Source: Tetramitus jugosus (taxonomy: Eukaryota > Protista > Heterolobosea). Taken from it: a DNA stretch of 64,000 nucleotides. The first letter of the stretch is position 1. Each line of letters opens with the position of its first letter. The notes beneath the pieces were generated by a model. It was not told where the DNA came from and ran no database searches. It saw only the letters and a list, made by a program, of their open reading frames with translations. Positions 44,485 through 54,280 of the stretch are shown here, piece by piece. The stretch is taken from positions 186,001 to 250,000 of the forward strand of contig OW569348.1 of NCBI GenBank assembly GCA_937625935.1, given 5' to 3'. The position numbers and the translations under genes are program-made.

Positions 44485-45303
44485 TTATCCTCCATACTTG
44501 TAGAACATGCTTTCCGTGTAACCAAGCTGTAACAACAATTGACTCGTAGCACGAACCATACCAGGTGGACCGCACATCACAATCATACAATCTGGACCAG
44601 GCTTTGGCATATTCTCAATAATCATCTTTGCGTCAATATATCCGACTCCACCTGTCCAATTGGCCCTATCCTTCTCATCAATCCAATCCAGTGTGTATAC
44701 TATGTGTGTCTTGTCATCTTCCAACGCATCCAACTCATCCTTTAGAACCAGTTCATTGATTGTGGGTGATCCGTAGAGCAATGTGACCTTTGTGTCATCT
44801 TCTGATCGATTCGATGTAATTTCACGAATGATTTGAATCATGGGTGATATGCCAGCACCTCCTGCAATCAATCCAATATGTGGCACCATATTCTTTTGAT
44901 ATTTGAAACCTGAAATCGGTCCCTTAATCTCCAATTCATCACCCAACTTCATATCTCTAAAGAAATAGGACATTCTGCCTCCCTTGTCATCAATCTTGAT
45001 CAACAAATCAACATAATTGTCATGTGGGGAGTTAATTGGTGAATAGTAGCGAATGCATTGTTCGAATTGATCAACACAGTCATTGTTGTTGTGATTGCTT
45101 CCATCACTTGCATCAGGTGTTGGAGGACACAGAGGCAAGTGAGCTCTCACTGATAGGTACTCTCCAGTGGCACAACCACTGTCATCTCCATCTTCAGGAT
45201 ACTTGAATCGGAGCAGGTACATGTGAGAGTTGTTGAGTCGTTCGTGTTTGATGAGCTTAAAGGGACGAAACTCTGTGGGAGAGAGGGCGTGATGTGGTTC
45301 CAT
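44485..45303 (-). CDS. Soluble NADH-cytochrome b5 reductase-like flavoprotein
   Basis: RYYSP, GGRMS, KGP, IAGGAGISPMIQ, CGPPGM. Confidence 0.93.
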   Translation of the reverse strand: MEPHHALSPTEFRPFKLIKHERLNNSHMYLLRFKYPEDGDDSGCATGEYLSVRAHLPLCPPTPDASDGSNHNNNDCVDQFEQCIRYYSPINSPHDNYVDLLIKIDDKGGRMSYFFRDMKLGDELEIKGPISGFKYQKNMVPHIGLIAGGAGISPMIQIIREITSNRSEDDTKVTLLYGSPTINELVLKDELDALEDDKTHIVYTLDWIDEKDRANWTGGVGYIDAKMIIENMPKPGPDCMIVMCGPPGMVRATSQLLLQLGYTESMFYKYGG

Positions 45304-45567
45304 TTTGTTGTGTGTATGGCAGGTAGGTAGTTTGGAATCTAAAAAGTGTGGTGGAGGAATCAGACAGAGAATTGGTTGCTTTGTTTTTTCAAGACAAGTC
45401 ACAGCCGCTGTGATGCTGAGATTCATGGATCGCGTGTTGCGCGGGAAGTATGTTGCTCTCTACAAGAGCTCAAATATTCGTAAGGTGTTTTCTCCGTCAT
45501 GTTTTATTCCCCGAATTTTTCAGCTTGATAAAAACAACAAACAAACTGGATTGCAATTGTTGTGAAA

Positions 45568-46122
45568 ATGTCTCAGGAACAACACAAGGTATTTGTCTAT
45601 GGTTCACTCATGAACAAGCAAGTTCTACACACAGTTTTGTCTCTTCCATTGGACGACAATAGCATAGAGTCGATTCCTCAAGCATACATTAAGGGATTCA
45701 AGCGCTGTTGCATCAAAAATCAAGTGTACCCTGGTATTAAGAGAGATGAGAATTCGACTGTCGTTGGTGTTTTGTTGAAGAATTTGACCAGTGATCAATT
45801 GAGAATTTTGGATGCTTTTGAAGATGTTGGCAGAGAGTACAACCGAGTGGAGACTAGGGCTTTCTATATGCAAGACGCTGCTGACACTGAGTTGGTGCAT
45901 GTGCAATTCGAGGACAATGTGGGTGTTTATGCCATGAGCGATGACTTTTATCACTTGCTGAATGAGGAAGCAGAGTGGGATGTGAACTGGAATGTGAATA
46001 ATCCAGCTGGGTTCGAACGATTCTTGAATATGTGTCAATTGTTTGCTCAGGACAAGGGTTCTCGCATTGACATCCTGCCTGTATCAGGCGAAGTGCTGGG
46101 CACCGAAACCAACGAGCAATAA
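45568..46122 (+). CDS. Gamma-glutamylcyclotransferase (AIG2-like)
   Basis: FVYGSLM, YPGI, LDAFE motifs. Confidence 0.92.
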   Translation: MSQEQHKVFVYGSLMNKQVLHTVLSLPLDDNSIESIPQAYIKGFKRCCIKNQVYPGIKRDENSTVVGVLLKNLTSDQLRILDAFEDVGREYNRVETRAFYMQDAADTELVHVQFEDNVGVYAMSDDFYHLLNEEAEWDVNWNVNNPAGFERFLNMCQLFAQDKGSRIDILPVSGEVLGTETNEQ

Positions 46123-46133
46123 AGGTAAAACTG

Positions 46134-46205
46134 TGCATTTGAACTCACGCATCCGGAGATATCCGAACTTGAGTCGGACGCCTTAGACCACTCGGCCACG
46201 CATGC
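46134..46205 (-). pseudogene. tRNA-Leu(CAA) lacking the 3' T-stem and most of the 3' acceptor strand
   Basis: GCATGCG TGGCCGAGTGGTCTAAGGCG TCCGA CT CAA GT TCGGA, long variable arm, GTGAG TTCAAAT then GCA; expected CTCACCGCAT is missing. Confidence 0.85.
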
Positions 46206-46475
46206 TGCATATCTGTTGTTCTCCCTTGCATTTTGTGCAAATTTATTTCGCGCGTTGTAAAAATTCTAATTTTATCAATTTTTTTACAACGTAGAATGGC
46301 GGGACAAGTGTTCTTGTTCATGCTGTCATCGTGTTGGACACTCGACCAAAATAAAGTGTTTTTTCTATCGATCACTCCGCCAAAAGCACACAACATAACG
46401 AAATCAGTCTTCAACAACACAACACACAATTATTCAAGTGTCTTTGATCTCTCTTTCGTTTGTCTTTGATCATCA

Positions 46476-49400
46476 ATGAACACCTTCAATCCTGTTGCTG
46501 CTGCGACTAGCAGTCCGCCACTCCAACAACAACAACAAGCTCAAGCACCAACTCAACAAGAAAATGTTCTTTCTCAACAAATGGGTAACATGAATTTGAA
46601 TCAACCATCTACTCAACAACAGTATGGATTCAACACCATGCAACCACAACCACACCAACAGCCACAACAGCAACATCAAGGTACACCATCAGCAATGAAC
46701 TACTTTAATGTTCCACAACAACAACAACAACAACCACAACAACCAGCATCCCAATGGCAAGCACATCAACAAGCACCCATTCAACAACAATCTCAACCTC
46801 AACCACAACAAACATATGGCAGTAATGCTTCCTATTTTAATCAGCCAGCACCTGTACACCAACCAGCTCAAGCACCACAACAACAACAACAATACATGAT
46901 GCAACAACAACCGCCACAACACCCACAACCAACCTATGGCTACCAACAACAACAGCAATATCCACAGCAACAACATGTTCAACCACAACAACAAACATAT
47001 GGCTATCCACAACAACAACAACAAGTACCACCACAGCCATATTCTCCCATGATGATGCCATCTTCATCATCAACTGCAATTACCCCCACTCCTCTCGCAT
47101 CACCATCCATGCATCAACAATCAAGTGATCTGTTGAGAAGAGCACCCAAAATTGATCCAAACCAAATGCCTAGTCCCGCCAAGAAACCCTTCCCACAAAT
47201 CTATGCAAAGCAAATGTTTGCCACGTGCTCAGATGAGAATCCACCACCATCAACGAGTCGATTCTCTGTGGTTGATCAAGGCAGCGCAGGACCAAGGTTC
47301 ATTCGTCCTTCATTGAACCACTTTCCTGCCAATAAATCACTATTGGATGAGACTGGCTTGATGATGGGTGCATTGATTCAACCATTGGCACAACCAGAGC
47401 CAGAAGATCAACCCAATTTTGTTCCAATTGTTGATTTTGAGGGCAATGAAGTAGTGAGATGCAGTCGTTGCCATGCCTACATTAATCCATTTGTCAAATT
47501 TGTCAACAATGGAAAACAATTTGTTTGCAATTTCTGTGGTCACGAGAATGAAGTAGAGCGTTGGTACATGTGCAATCTGGACGGATTCGGCAGAAGAAGA
47601 GATTTGGATATGAGGCACGAGTTGCGTTGTGGCAGTGTGGATCTCATTGTCAAGAACCCTATCTACTACTCGGACAACAAGGCTAAACCAGAGGAAGGCG
47701 TAGAGTTTCAACCCAAGAACATTCCTGCTCCATTGACCTATGTCTTTGTGATTGACATTTCCAATTTTGCACAATCTAATGGTATTGTGGCCTCTGTCAT
47801 CTCAAACATCAAATCTGTTGTGAAGCAGTTGGCAGAGACACACAGTACTTGTCGTGTCAGCTTTATTACATTTGGCTCTTCTGTCCACTTTTATAATATC
47901 AAGAGTGGTGTTCATCCACAGATTATGGTTGTTGGTGATGTGAAGGACGTGTTTTTGCCTTTCCCTGGTGTGAATATGATGACGTTTGGTGAGTTGGCAC
48001 AGAATGAAGACTTTTTGGACAAGTTGATCTATTTGGCCGGAGGAATGAAGGAGGATGAGAATGCAATGGGATCTGCAATCATTGCTGCATCGGAATTGTT
48101 GGCCGAAGTCGGTGGTGGTCGTATTCTCATGTTCTCTTGTAAATTGCCTACTGTCGGTCAGGGTTTGCTCAAGGCAAGAGAGGATTTCAAGGTTTATGGA
48201 ACACCAAAGGAGAAGGCACTATTCGCACCACTTCTAGGATTCTACAAGAATTTTGCAACCACGATGGCAAAGCATCAGATTTGCTTGGATCTCTTCCTGT
48301 TCCCAACCATGTTCATGGAGACTGCAACTCTTGGTCACTTGACATCAAATACTGGTGGTCACATGTATCTGTACAACAATTTCAATCAAGCCAGAGATGG
48401 AGAGCGATTGTATCATGACTTGCACAGAAATTTGGTACGTGAGACTGGTTTTGATGCCGTTTTGAGAGTTCGTTCCTCCACTGGTATCTCTCTGAAGAGA
48501 AATCTTGGTAACTTCTACACTCAAGTGGAAGGAGATATGGACTTGGCTGGTGTTGATGCTGATTCGACATTTGCTGTTGAGTTCAAGCACGACTCCAAGT
48601 TGGACGAAAAGGTACCAAATTATATTCAAGCAGCCATGTTGTACACTGCCAGAGATGGCACCAGAAGAATTCGTTTGCACACACTGAGAATTGGAACCAG
48701 TTCCGATGTCAGCAAGGTGTTCAAGAAGGCTGATTTGGATGCTACTCTCGGTATTCTATCGCGTCTCATGGCACAACAAGTGGTCAAGAACAGAGACGCT
48801 CTCGATGTTGTGAGACAAATGGGCAATGACAAATTGATTGCCATCCTCACCTCCTATCGCAAGAATTGCTCCAGTGGATCCAATTCTGGTCAACTCATTC
48901 TACCTGATGCGTTGAAGCTATTGCCTGTTCATTTGCTAGGTTTGATGAAGACACCAGCATTCAGACAGGGAACTGACATTTTGATTGACGAAAGAATCGT
49001 TGCCTTCTCTCAAATTCAAGAGATGAGTGCACGCAGCATTTGCCTCTACTCGTATCCTCAACTGTTCAACCTAACACACATGGAAGATGAGATTGAAGAG
49101 GAAAATCAGACAAGGTATCCTTTGCCTGCCATGAATTCACTGTCAGCAAGCAGAATCGACAGCTCTGGCATGTATTTGCTCAATGACGGTGTGAATATTT
49201 ACATTTGGATCGGCCGAGAAGTTCCATCTGACGCTCTACAAGCAATGTTCGGTGTTGATTCCATCGAGAAGATCACATTAGATACTCAGCCTCATCCAGA
49301 TGTCAATACCCCACTCGGTTTGAGATATAGCAACATCTTCCATGAGATTAGAAAACACAGAAATAGAAATGGCCAAATCAGAGTCATGCGTGACCGTGAT

Positions 49401-49514
49401 CCAAGTGAACACTTGTTCTTTGCCAGACTCATTGAAGACAAATCAACTACTGCTGTCAGCTACGTCGACTACTTGTGTGCTCTCCACAGAGACATTCAAG
49501 CGAAACTAAACTAA
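46476..49514 (+). CDS. SEC24: COPII cargo adaptor Sec24 (C/D-like)
   Basis: RCSRCHAYINPF...CNFC zinc finger, FVIDIS trunk domain, QAAMLYT..G.RRIR, GQLILPDALKLLP, gelsolin-like end. Confidence 0.96.
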   Translation: MNTFNPVAAATSSPPLQQQQQAQAPTQQENVLSQQMGNMNLNQPSTQQQYGFNTMQPQPHQQPQQQHQGTPSAMNYFNVPQQQQQQPQQPASQWQAHQQAPIQQQSQPQPQQTYGSNASYFNQPAPVHQPAQAPQQQQQYMMQQQPPQHPQPTYGYQQQQQYPQQQHVQPQQQTYGYPQQQQQVPPQPYSPMMMPSSSSTAITPTPLASPSMHQQSSDLLRRAPKIDPNQMPSPAKKPFPQIYAKQMFATCSDENPPPSTSRFSVVDQGSAGPRFIRPSLNHFPANKSLLDETGLMMGALIQPLAQPEPEDQPNFVPIVDFEGNEVVRCSRCHAYINPFVKFVNNGKQFVCNFCGHENEVERWYMCNLDGFGRRRDLDMRHELRCGSVDLIVKNPIYYSDNKAKPEEGVEFQPKNIPAPLTYVFVIDISNFAQSNGIVASVISNIKSVVKQLAETHSTCRVSFITFGSSVHFYNIKSGVHPQIMVVGDVKDVFLPFPGVNMMTFGELAQNEDFLDKLIYLAGGMKEDENAMGSAIIAASELLAEVGGGRILMFSCKLPTVGQGLLKAREDFKVYGTPKEKALFAPLLGFYKNFATTMAKHQICLDLFLFPTMFMETATLGHLTSNTGGHMYLYNNFNQARDGERLYHDLHRNLVRETGFDAVLRVRSSTGISLKRNLGNFYTQVEGDMDLAGVDADSTFAVEFKHDSKLDEKVPNYIQAAMLYTARDGTRRIRLHTLRIGTSSDVSKVFKKADLDATLGILSRLMAQQVVKNRDALDVVRQMGNDKLIAILTSYRKNCSSGSNSGQLILPDALKLLPVHLLGLMKTPAFRQGTDILIDERIVAFSQIQEMSARSICLYSYPQLFNLTHMEDEIEEENQTRYPLPAMNSLSASRIDSSGMYLLNDGVNIYIWIGREVPSDALQAMFGVDSIEKITLDTQPHPDVNTPLGLRYSNIFHEIRKHRNRNGQIRVMRDRDPSEHLFFARLIEDKSTTAVSYVDYLCALHRDIQAKLN

Positions 49515-49542
49515 ACAAAAGTATATAAAAAAGAAATAAAAT

Positions 49543-51018
49543 TCATTGTATTCTCACTTTCTCGCTCTTGTTCATGTTTTCCTGAAGAGTATCCCAGACT
49601 CGATGAGAGGATGTAGGAGCTGGAATGGTCATATTCTTCTTGTAGAAAGTCTTTCTTGCTGCCACAGCACCCAGCAAATCCCAATGCTTTGTCTCACTGA
49701 GCTTTCTGATTCGTTTTGTTTTAGAGAACCAACCCTCTTGATATCTCGAGCCATCATCTAGAACTACAACGGTATACTTTGTTAATTTCTCTGACAATCT
49801 CTCAAAGAGGATACCAGTTACAGATGTTTCCCTTAGAGAGCTAGGAACTTGAGGAACAATGGTATCATTGTCCACACTTCTACTCAGCAACATGTAACCT
49901 GTCTCAAGTGGTAGCAGAGTCACTGATTGTACCATTTCTCTCTTTTTGAATCGGAATGAGGACGTTCGTTTGTAATGAATGATTGAACATGCGTAAGATT
50001 GTTTGGTCTGTACAGGATGATAGGCGACATGCTCAGAGAAGAGTAACGAACGATCGATAACTGAGAGATAGTCACAATCTATATATGCATACAAGCATTC
50101 ATTGACGGAATGAGGCAATATTCCTTGTTTTCTAATACACTTGAACTTTTTGGGAGAGGATCGTTCGTGCATAGTGAGGACAAACGAGGACTTATGTTGC
50201 TGAATTAATAATTGTTTGCCTTGATCAGAATGAGAAAGAGTGTTCCAATGATTTGTATCTGAATCATATGCTTTCGACATTATCCAAGAACTGAGAGCCT
50301 TGGGAATGGTTGGATTTCCTAGGGAACCAAAAACAATGTTAGTATTGAAGAGAATCAAATACAATGCAGCCAACACACAACTAGTTCAATTGTACGTACC
50401 CATTTGGAAATCGAGTGATACCACGTCAGTGGAGACAGAGGAGAGCGACGAGGACGAGGTCGCAGAGGAAGGGAACAATTGTCCTGATGTAGGAGTTTGT
50501 GGACTCTCTGGACCGAATTCCGAATTGGAATCCAATTGGACCCTCATTATCTCTACATTATTTACAATACCAATCTCCTTTAGACGCTTTCCATTCATTG
50601 CCACTGCCTCAAAAAATGTTTCACTCTTTGTAAAGTTCAAAAAACAATCTTCCTTCAGCTCGAGAATGATTGTGCCGACCAATGGATCGAACAAATTACG
50701 AGGACAGTGTGACAAGGAACACTCAGAGAATTGATTCATTGTCAACTCTCTCTGCGACTTACTGAGATTGATCTCATAGGTAGCACAAGCGTTAATATAG
50801 GCATCAATGATTTGTTTTGCAATAAGGTAACGATTCTCAGGTGATCTGGTCACTTGGAACTCTTCCACTTGCTCCAAGAACAGAAATGGATCCAAGTTAT
50901 GAATTGTCTTAAGGTAGGACTTGAACATTTTCCTGTGTTCCTGAGAGTCGAGCAACGCTTCAAAAGAGAAGCCATAACCAGTAGTAATGGTTTTATTCGA
51001 AGAACTTGTTGTTGTCAT
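49543..51018 (-). CDS. RGS domain-START-like domain fusion; complement join(50400..51018,49543..50318), 464 aa
   Basis: RGS motifs FKSYLK...FLEQVEEF...YEINLS...LKEDCFLNF; intron GTACGT...TACTAAC...TAG at 50319-50399; START-like REMV...LSRSV...TKYT. Confidence 0.85.
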
Positions 51019-51279
51019 TAGTATTGACTTATTTACAAAGGAGAAAGCAGATTAAGTGCTTGGCAAGAACGAAGATCTCTGAAAGAACTCGTTCCTATGG
51101 GAAAGGTTGTAGGTGGGTTTTTGGTTGATTTGTGGTTGTTTCCAACCTCAAGAACAGAACAACTGCTAAAGAATTTGAAGAGTTGCCACGGGGTTGCTCA
51201 CTGTGAGCAATTGGATACATGTATTGGGGAGATTATCCCCATTGGTGCATTTCCACAAAAGGAATAAACTGATAATCCG

Positions 51280-52968
51280 TCATTTGTCAACTCCGACCTG
51301 GACTCCATTTGCTTTCTTTGTTTGAGTTTTGACGTGTGGAATGTGGTCTGCGAGCTTTCTTCCCATAGTTTCTATGGGCAAAAGTAGCGCAACGACAGCA
51401 GCTATCAAACATGATCCGGCGTAAATTCCAACCGGTAAAGATGGATATATCCTGATTAAGATCGAGGCTATGTACGGTGTAACGATGCCCCCTAAGCGTC
51501 CAACACTTGAGCAAATTCCCATGGCTAGTGTCCTACAACTTGTGGGGTAAACCTCTGGAGTGTAAGTCCATGTTGCGCAAGTTGCTCCCATGATTGATGC
51601 TCTGGCGCCGAATGCAAATATGGTCATCAGCCATGTATTGTTCGGATCTGATGGTAATGCAAGCAATATTAAACACAACCCAGTTGACATGAACAAAATC
51701 GATTGTGTTTTCTTCCGTCCAAGCAAATTAATGATGGCCGTTGCCCAAAGAAGTCCTGGCAGTTCTGCACAAGATATCACGAAGGTTTCGAGATACAATT
51801 CATTCCCACCTGAGTTACCGATAAGCTTCTCAAAGTACACAGGAGTCATAATGATGACACCGTAGTAGCCAAAGGCTCCGATGAACCACAGTAGCATAGT
51901 CAAAATTGTTGTCACAAACAGATGCCTGGAAAAGAGCTCCATGAACTTAAAGGAAGTTTTGGACGTCGTTGGTACTGTCTTCTCTGGCTCTTGGTCAGTT
52001 GTTTCAAGCGAGGATACTCCTTGAATCGCATTTGAATTGACAGATTGATCTGTGATTTCCGCAGTAAACTCGCCTCTTCCGTTGAGCCAGGCCATCTTTT
52101 TGAATATTTTCTTACATTCCTCAGTTCGTCCATGCATAACAAGATATCTTGGACTTTCTGGTAATAGAGGTACACAAAGCAATGCGAACAACATTGGCAA
52201 GGTGCTGAAACCAATGAGGAATCTCCAACCCATACCATGAAACAATTTTAGTCGAACAGGATCTTCAGGTAGAATGATCCAAGCTAAAGATGCTTCCAAC
52301 ATGACACCAAACGTCCAAAACACTTCAATAATGATCAAAAAGTGACCCCTCTTGCTCGAAGGCAAGAACTCGGTAAACAAGCTGAATGGAACTGTGCTGC
52401 CTGCCACGCCAAAACCAACGAGCACCTGACAAATGCCCAACATCCATATATTATAGCTCACGGCAGACAACAATCCAAACACTGTCGTAACAATCAAGCA
52501 GGATGCAACACCCACCTTGCGGCCATAGCGATCAGCCAACCAACCAAAAAAGGATGCACCAAACAACATGCCCACAAAAATGACTGCATTCAACGTTGCC
52601 TTCTCCGTATCCGACAAATTCCATTTCTTCTTTAGCTCTGGAGCCACGAACGTCAACAACATGACCTCCATGGCATCGCATCCCCAACACACACCCAACA
52701 CGATTAACAACAGCAACTGGAAAGGTCCAAAACCCAATTCATCAATCGCCTGATCGCACGTTTTCACCTGTTTTCCATTTTCGCTCACGCTTGCGGTTGG
52801 AACAACATGCGTGCTGTTTTCTTCTTCTTCGGCCGCAGAGGAATTGATGGATGAATGATCCAGATGATGTTGAGGAATATTCGCCAACAAGGACATGGAC
52901 TCTTCCCGTCGATGTTGTTCTTCATCATCATTCACCAATGTTGTTTCATGATAATGATGTGAATCCAT
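51280..52968 (-). CDS. MFS transporter, SVOP/organic-cation-transporter-like
   Basis: GWLADRYGRK, EFLPSSKRG, PESPRYL, YTPEVYPT, LPIETMG. Confidence 0.94.
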   Translation of the reverse strand: MDSHHYHETTLVNDDEEQHRREESMSLLANIPQHHLDHSSINSSAAEEEENSTHVVPTASVSENGKQVKTCDQAIDELGFGPFQLLLLIVLGVCWGCDAMEVMLLTFVAPELKKKWNLSDTEKATLNAVIFVGMLFGASFFGWLADRYGRKVGVASCLIVTTVFGLLSAVSYNIWMLGICQVLVGFGVAGSTVPFSLFTEFLPSSKRGHFLIIIEVFWTFGVMLEASLAWIILPEDPVRLKLFHGMGWRFLIGFSTLPMLFALLCVPLLPESPRYLVMHGRTEECKKIFKKMAWLNGRGEFTAEITDQSVNSNAIQGVSSLETTDQEPEKTVPTTSKTSFKFMELFSRHLFVTTILTMLLWFIGAFGYYGVIIMTPVYFEKLIGNSGGNELYLETFVISCAELPGLLWATAIINLLGRKKTQSILFMSTGLCLILLALPSDPNNTWLMTIFAFGARASIMGATCATWTYTPEVYPTSCRTLAMGICSSVGRLGGIVTPYIASILIRIYPSLPVGIYAGSCLIAAVVALLLPIETMGRKLADHIPHVKTQTKKANGVQVGVDK

Positions 52969-53162
52969 TTTGGTTGTTGTGGTTTTGTTTCTGTGGGAAT
53001 TTCCAGAGTATTTGTGTGAGGATTCAGATTTTTGAGATATTGGACAACAGTCGTGTCACCTGCGGATATCCGCTCTCTCGAAGCACAAACTCCCTCGGTA
53101 TTCGACCGACATCGGTCAAAAACTACGATTTACGGTTTTTTTTCGGAGGTTTCTCTCAGAAC

Positions 53163-54038
53163 ATGACAAGGAACAGGAAAGACAATTCATCAAAGAAGAG
53201 AGACGAGGTCAATACCTGTGGAAAAACATGTGAAATGATTCCTTCGATAACTACAGAGAAACTAATCGAGTTAGAGAGAAGAGAAGGGATTGGCAGTGAA
53301 TCTCCTCCACCAATGTCCGAAGCATGGATGCCAGTGGAAGAGGAGAGTTATGAAGAGCTTACAAGAAGCTCAAGCACTCGTCGCACTCTACACTTGTTAA
53401 AATTACTAATTGGAAGGTCGTTCGAGATTGATAATGCACAGAAACAGAAGAATCAAGAACATGAAAATAACCAAGAACCTCTGTATGACCTTTCAAGTGA
53501 AAAAGGTGTCTACTATTGCAAGAGATTAGTGAATACTGTTGTGGATGAGGAAGAATTTGATCCGTTTCATCCAAAGAAGAAACAAAACTCACAAGCGACG
53601 GCACTCGACGATGGGTCGCAATTGGACTCCCTTAATGACACGAGACCTAGAACTAAACATGATATCATGAGAATTTATTATCAAAACGTGAGGCAGAGAG
53701 AGGAGGATACATACAAGATGAAACAGATACAACAAGAAAGGATGGAACGGCGGAGAGAGATGATCATGAAGGAACAGAACGAGAGGGAATACAATGACCT
53801 CAAAGATTTCCTTAAGCTGCCAACTATAGAGAGAATGAAAAGAAAGAAAGCCAAAGAAGAAGAGATGTTACGGTTAGAGGACAGAAGAAACCAAGAATTA
53901 TCGTCCAGGAAACAGAAGCTCCGGGATCGAATGACTCTTTCGAGTCGAATGTACAAGAATGCAGTCCAGAGAAAAGCAAGTGCTCAACAGAAACTGGAAA
54001 CTCTCATGAACTCCTCTACGATGGATAAGTGTACATAG
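53163..54038 (+). CDS. Hypothetical charged coiled-coil protein
   Basis: ATG at 53163 within a long ORF; E/R/K-rich C-terminal half. Confidence 0.7.
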   Translation: MTRNRKDNSSKKRDEVNTCGKTCEMIPSITTEKLIELERREGIGSESPPPMSEAWMPVEEESYEELTRSSSTRRTLHLLKLLIGRSFEIDNAQKQKNQEHENNQEPLYDLSSEKGVYYCKRLVNTVVDEEEFDPFHPKKKQNSQATALDDGSQLDSLNDTRPRTKHDIMRIYYQNVRQREEDTYKMKQIQQERMERRREMIMKEQNEREYNDLKDFLKLPTIERMKRKKAKEEEMLRLEDRRNQELSSRKQKLRDRMTLSSRMYKNAVQRKASAQQKLETLMNSSTMDKCT

Positions 54039-54280
54039 CGAATCCACACATCAGAATAAAGCTCAACATTTGCTCGAATGGGAAATTGTTCGCTAGATAT
54101 CCTTTGTGTAACGGTTTTTGTCGGGATTCATGAAAAATTCGATCGAGAAAATGTTGGAGTCGAACTTGCTCGTCAGAGAATATTTTTGCTTCGAACAACA
54201 AGCTTTTCCAGTGTCTCCAACAACAACTCGCGTCAACAACAAAACACCATCACGAGCACCATTCGAACAAATCACCGACG

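Noticed and set aside
35649-49514. Sec16 and Sec24 close together (plus Vps16 and TRAPPC1 in the window) as a trafficking cluster
   Set aside because: Separated by unrelated genes; chance proximity is plausible in a gene-dense genome.
50374-50400. In-frame TGA between the RGS and START ORFs, suggesting selenocysteine or readthrough
   Set aside because: The TGA lies inside a canonical 81-nt intron (GTACGT, TACTAAC, TAG).
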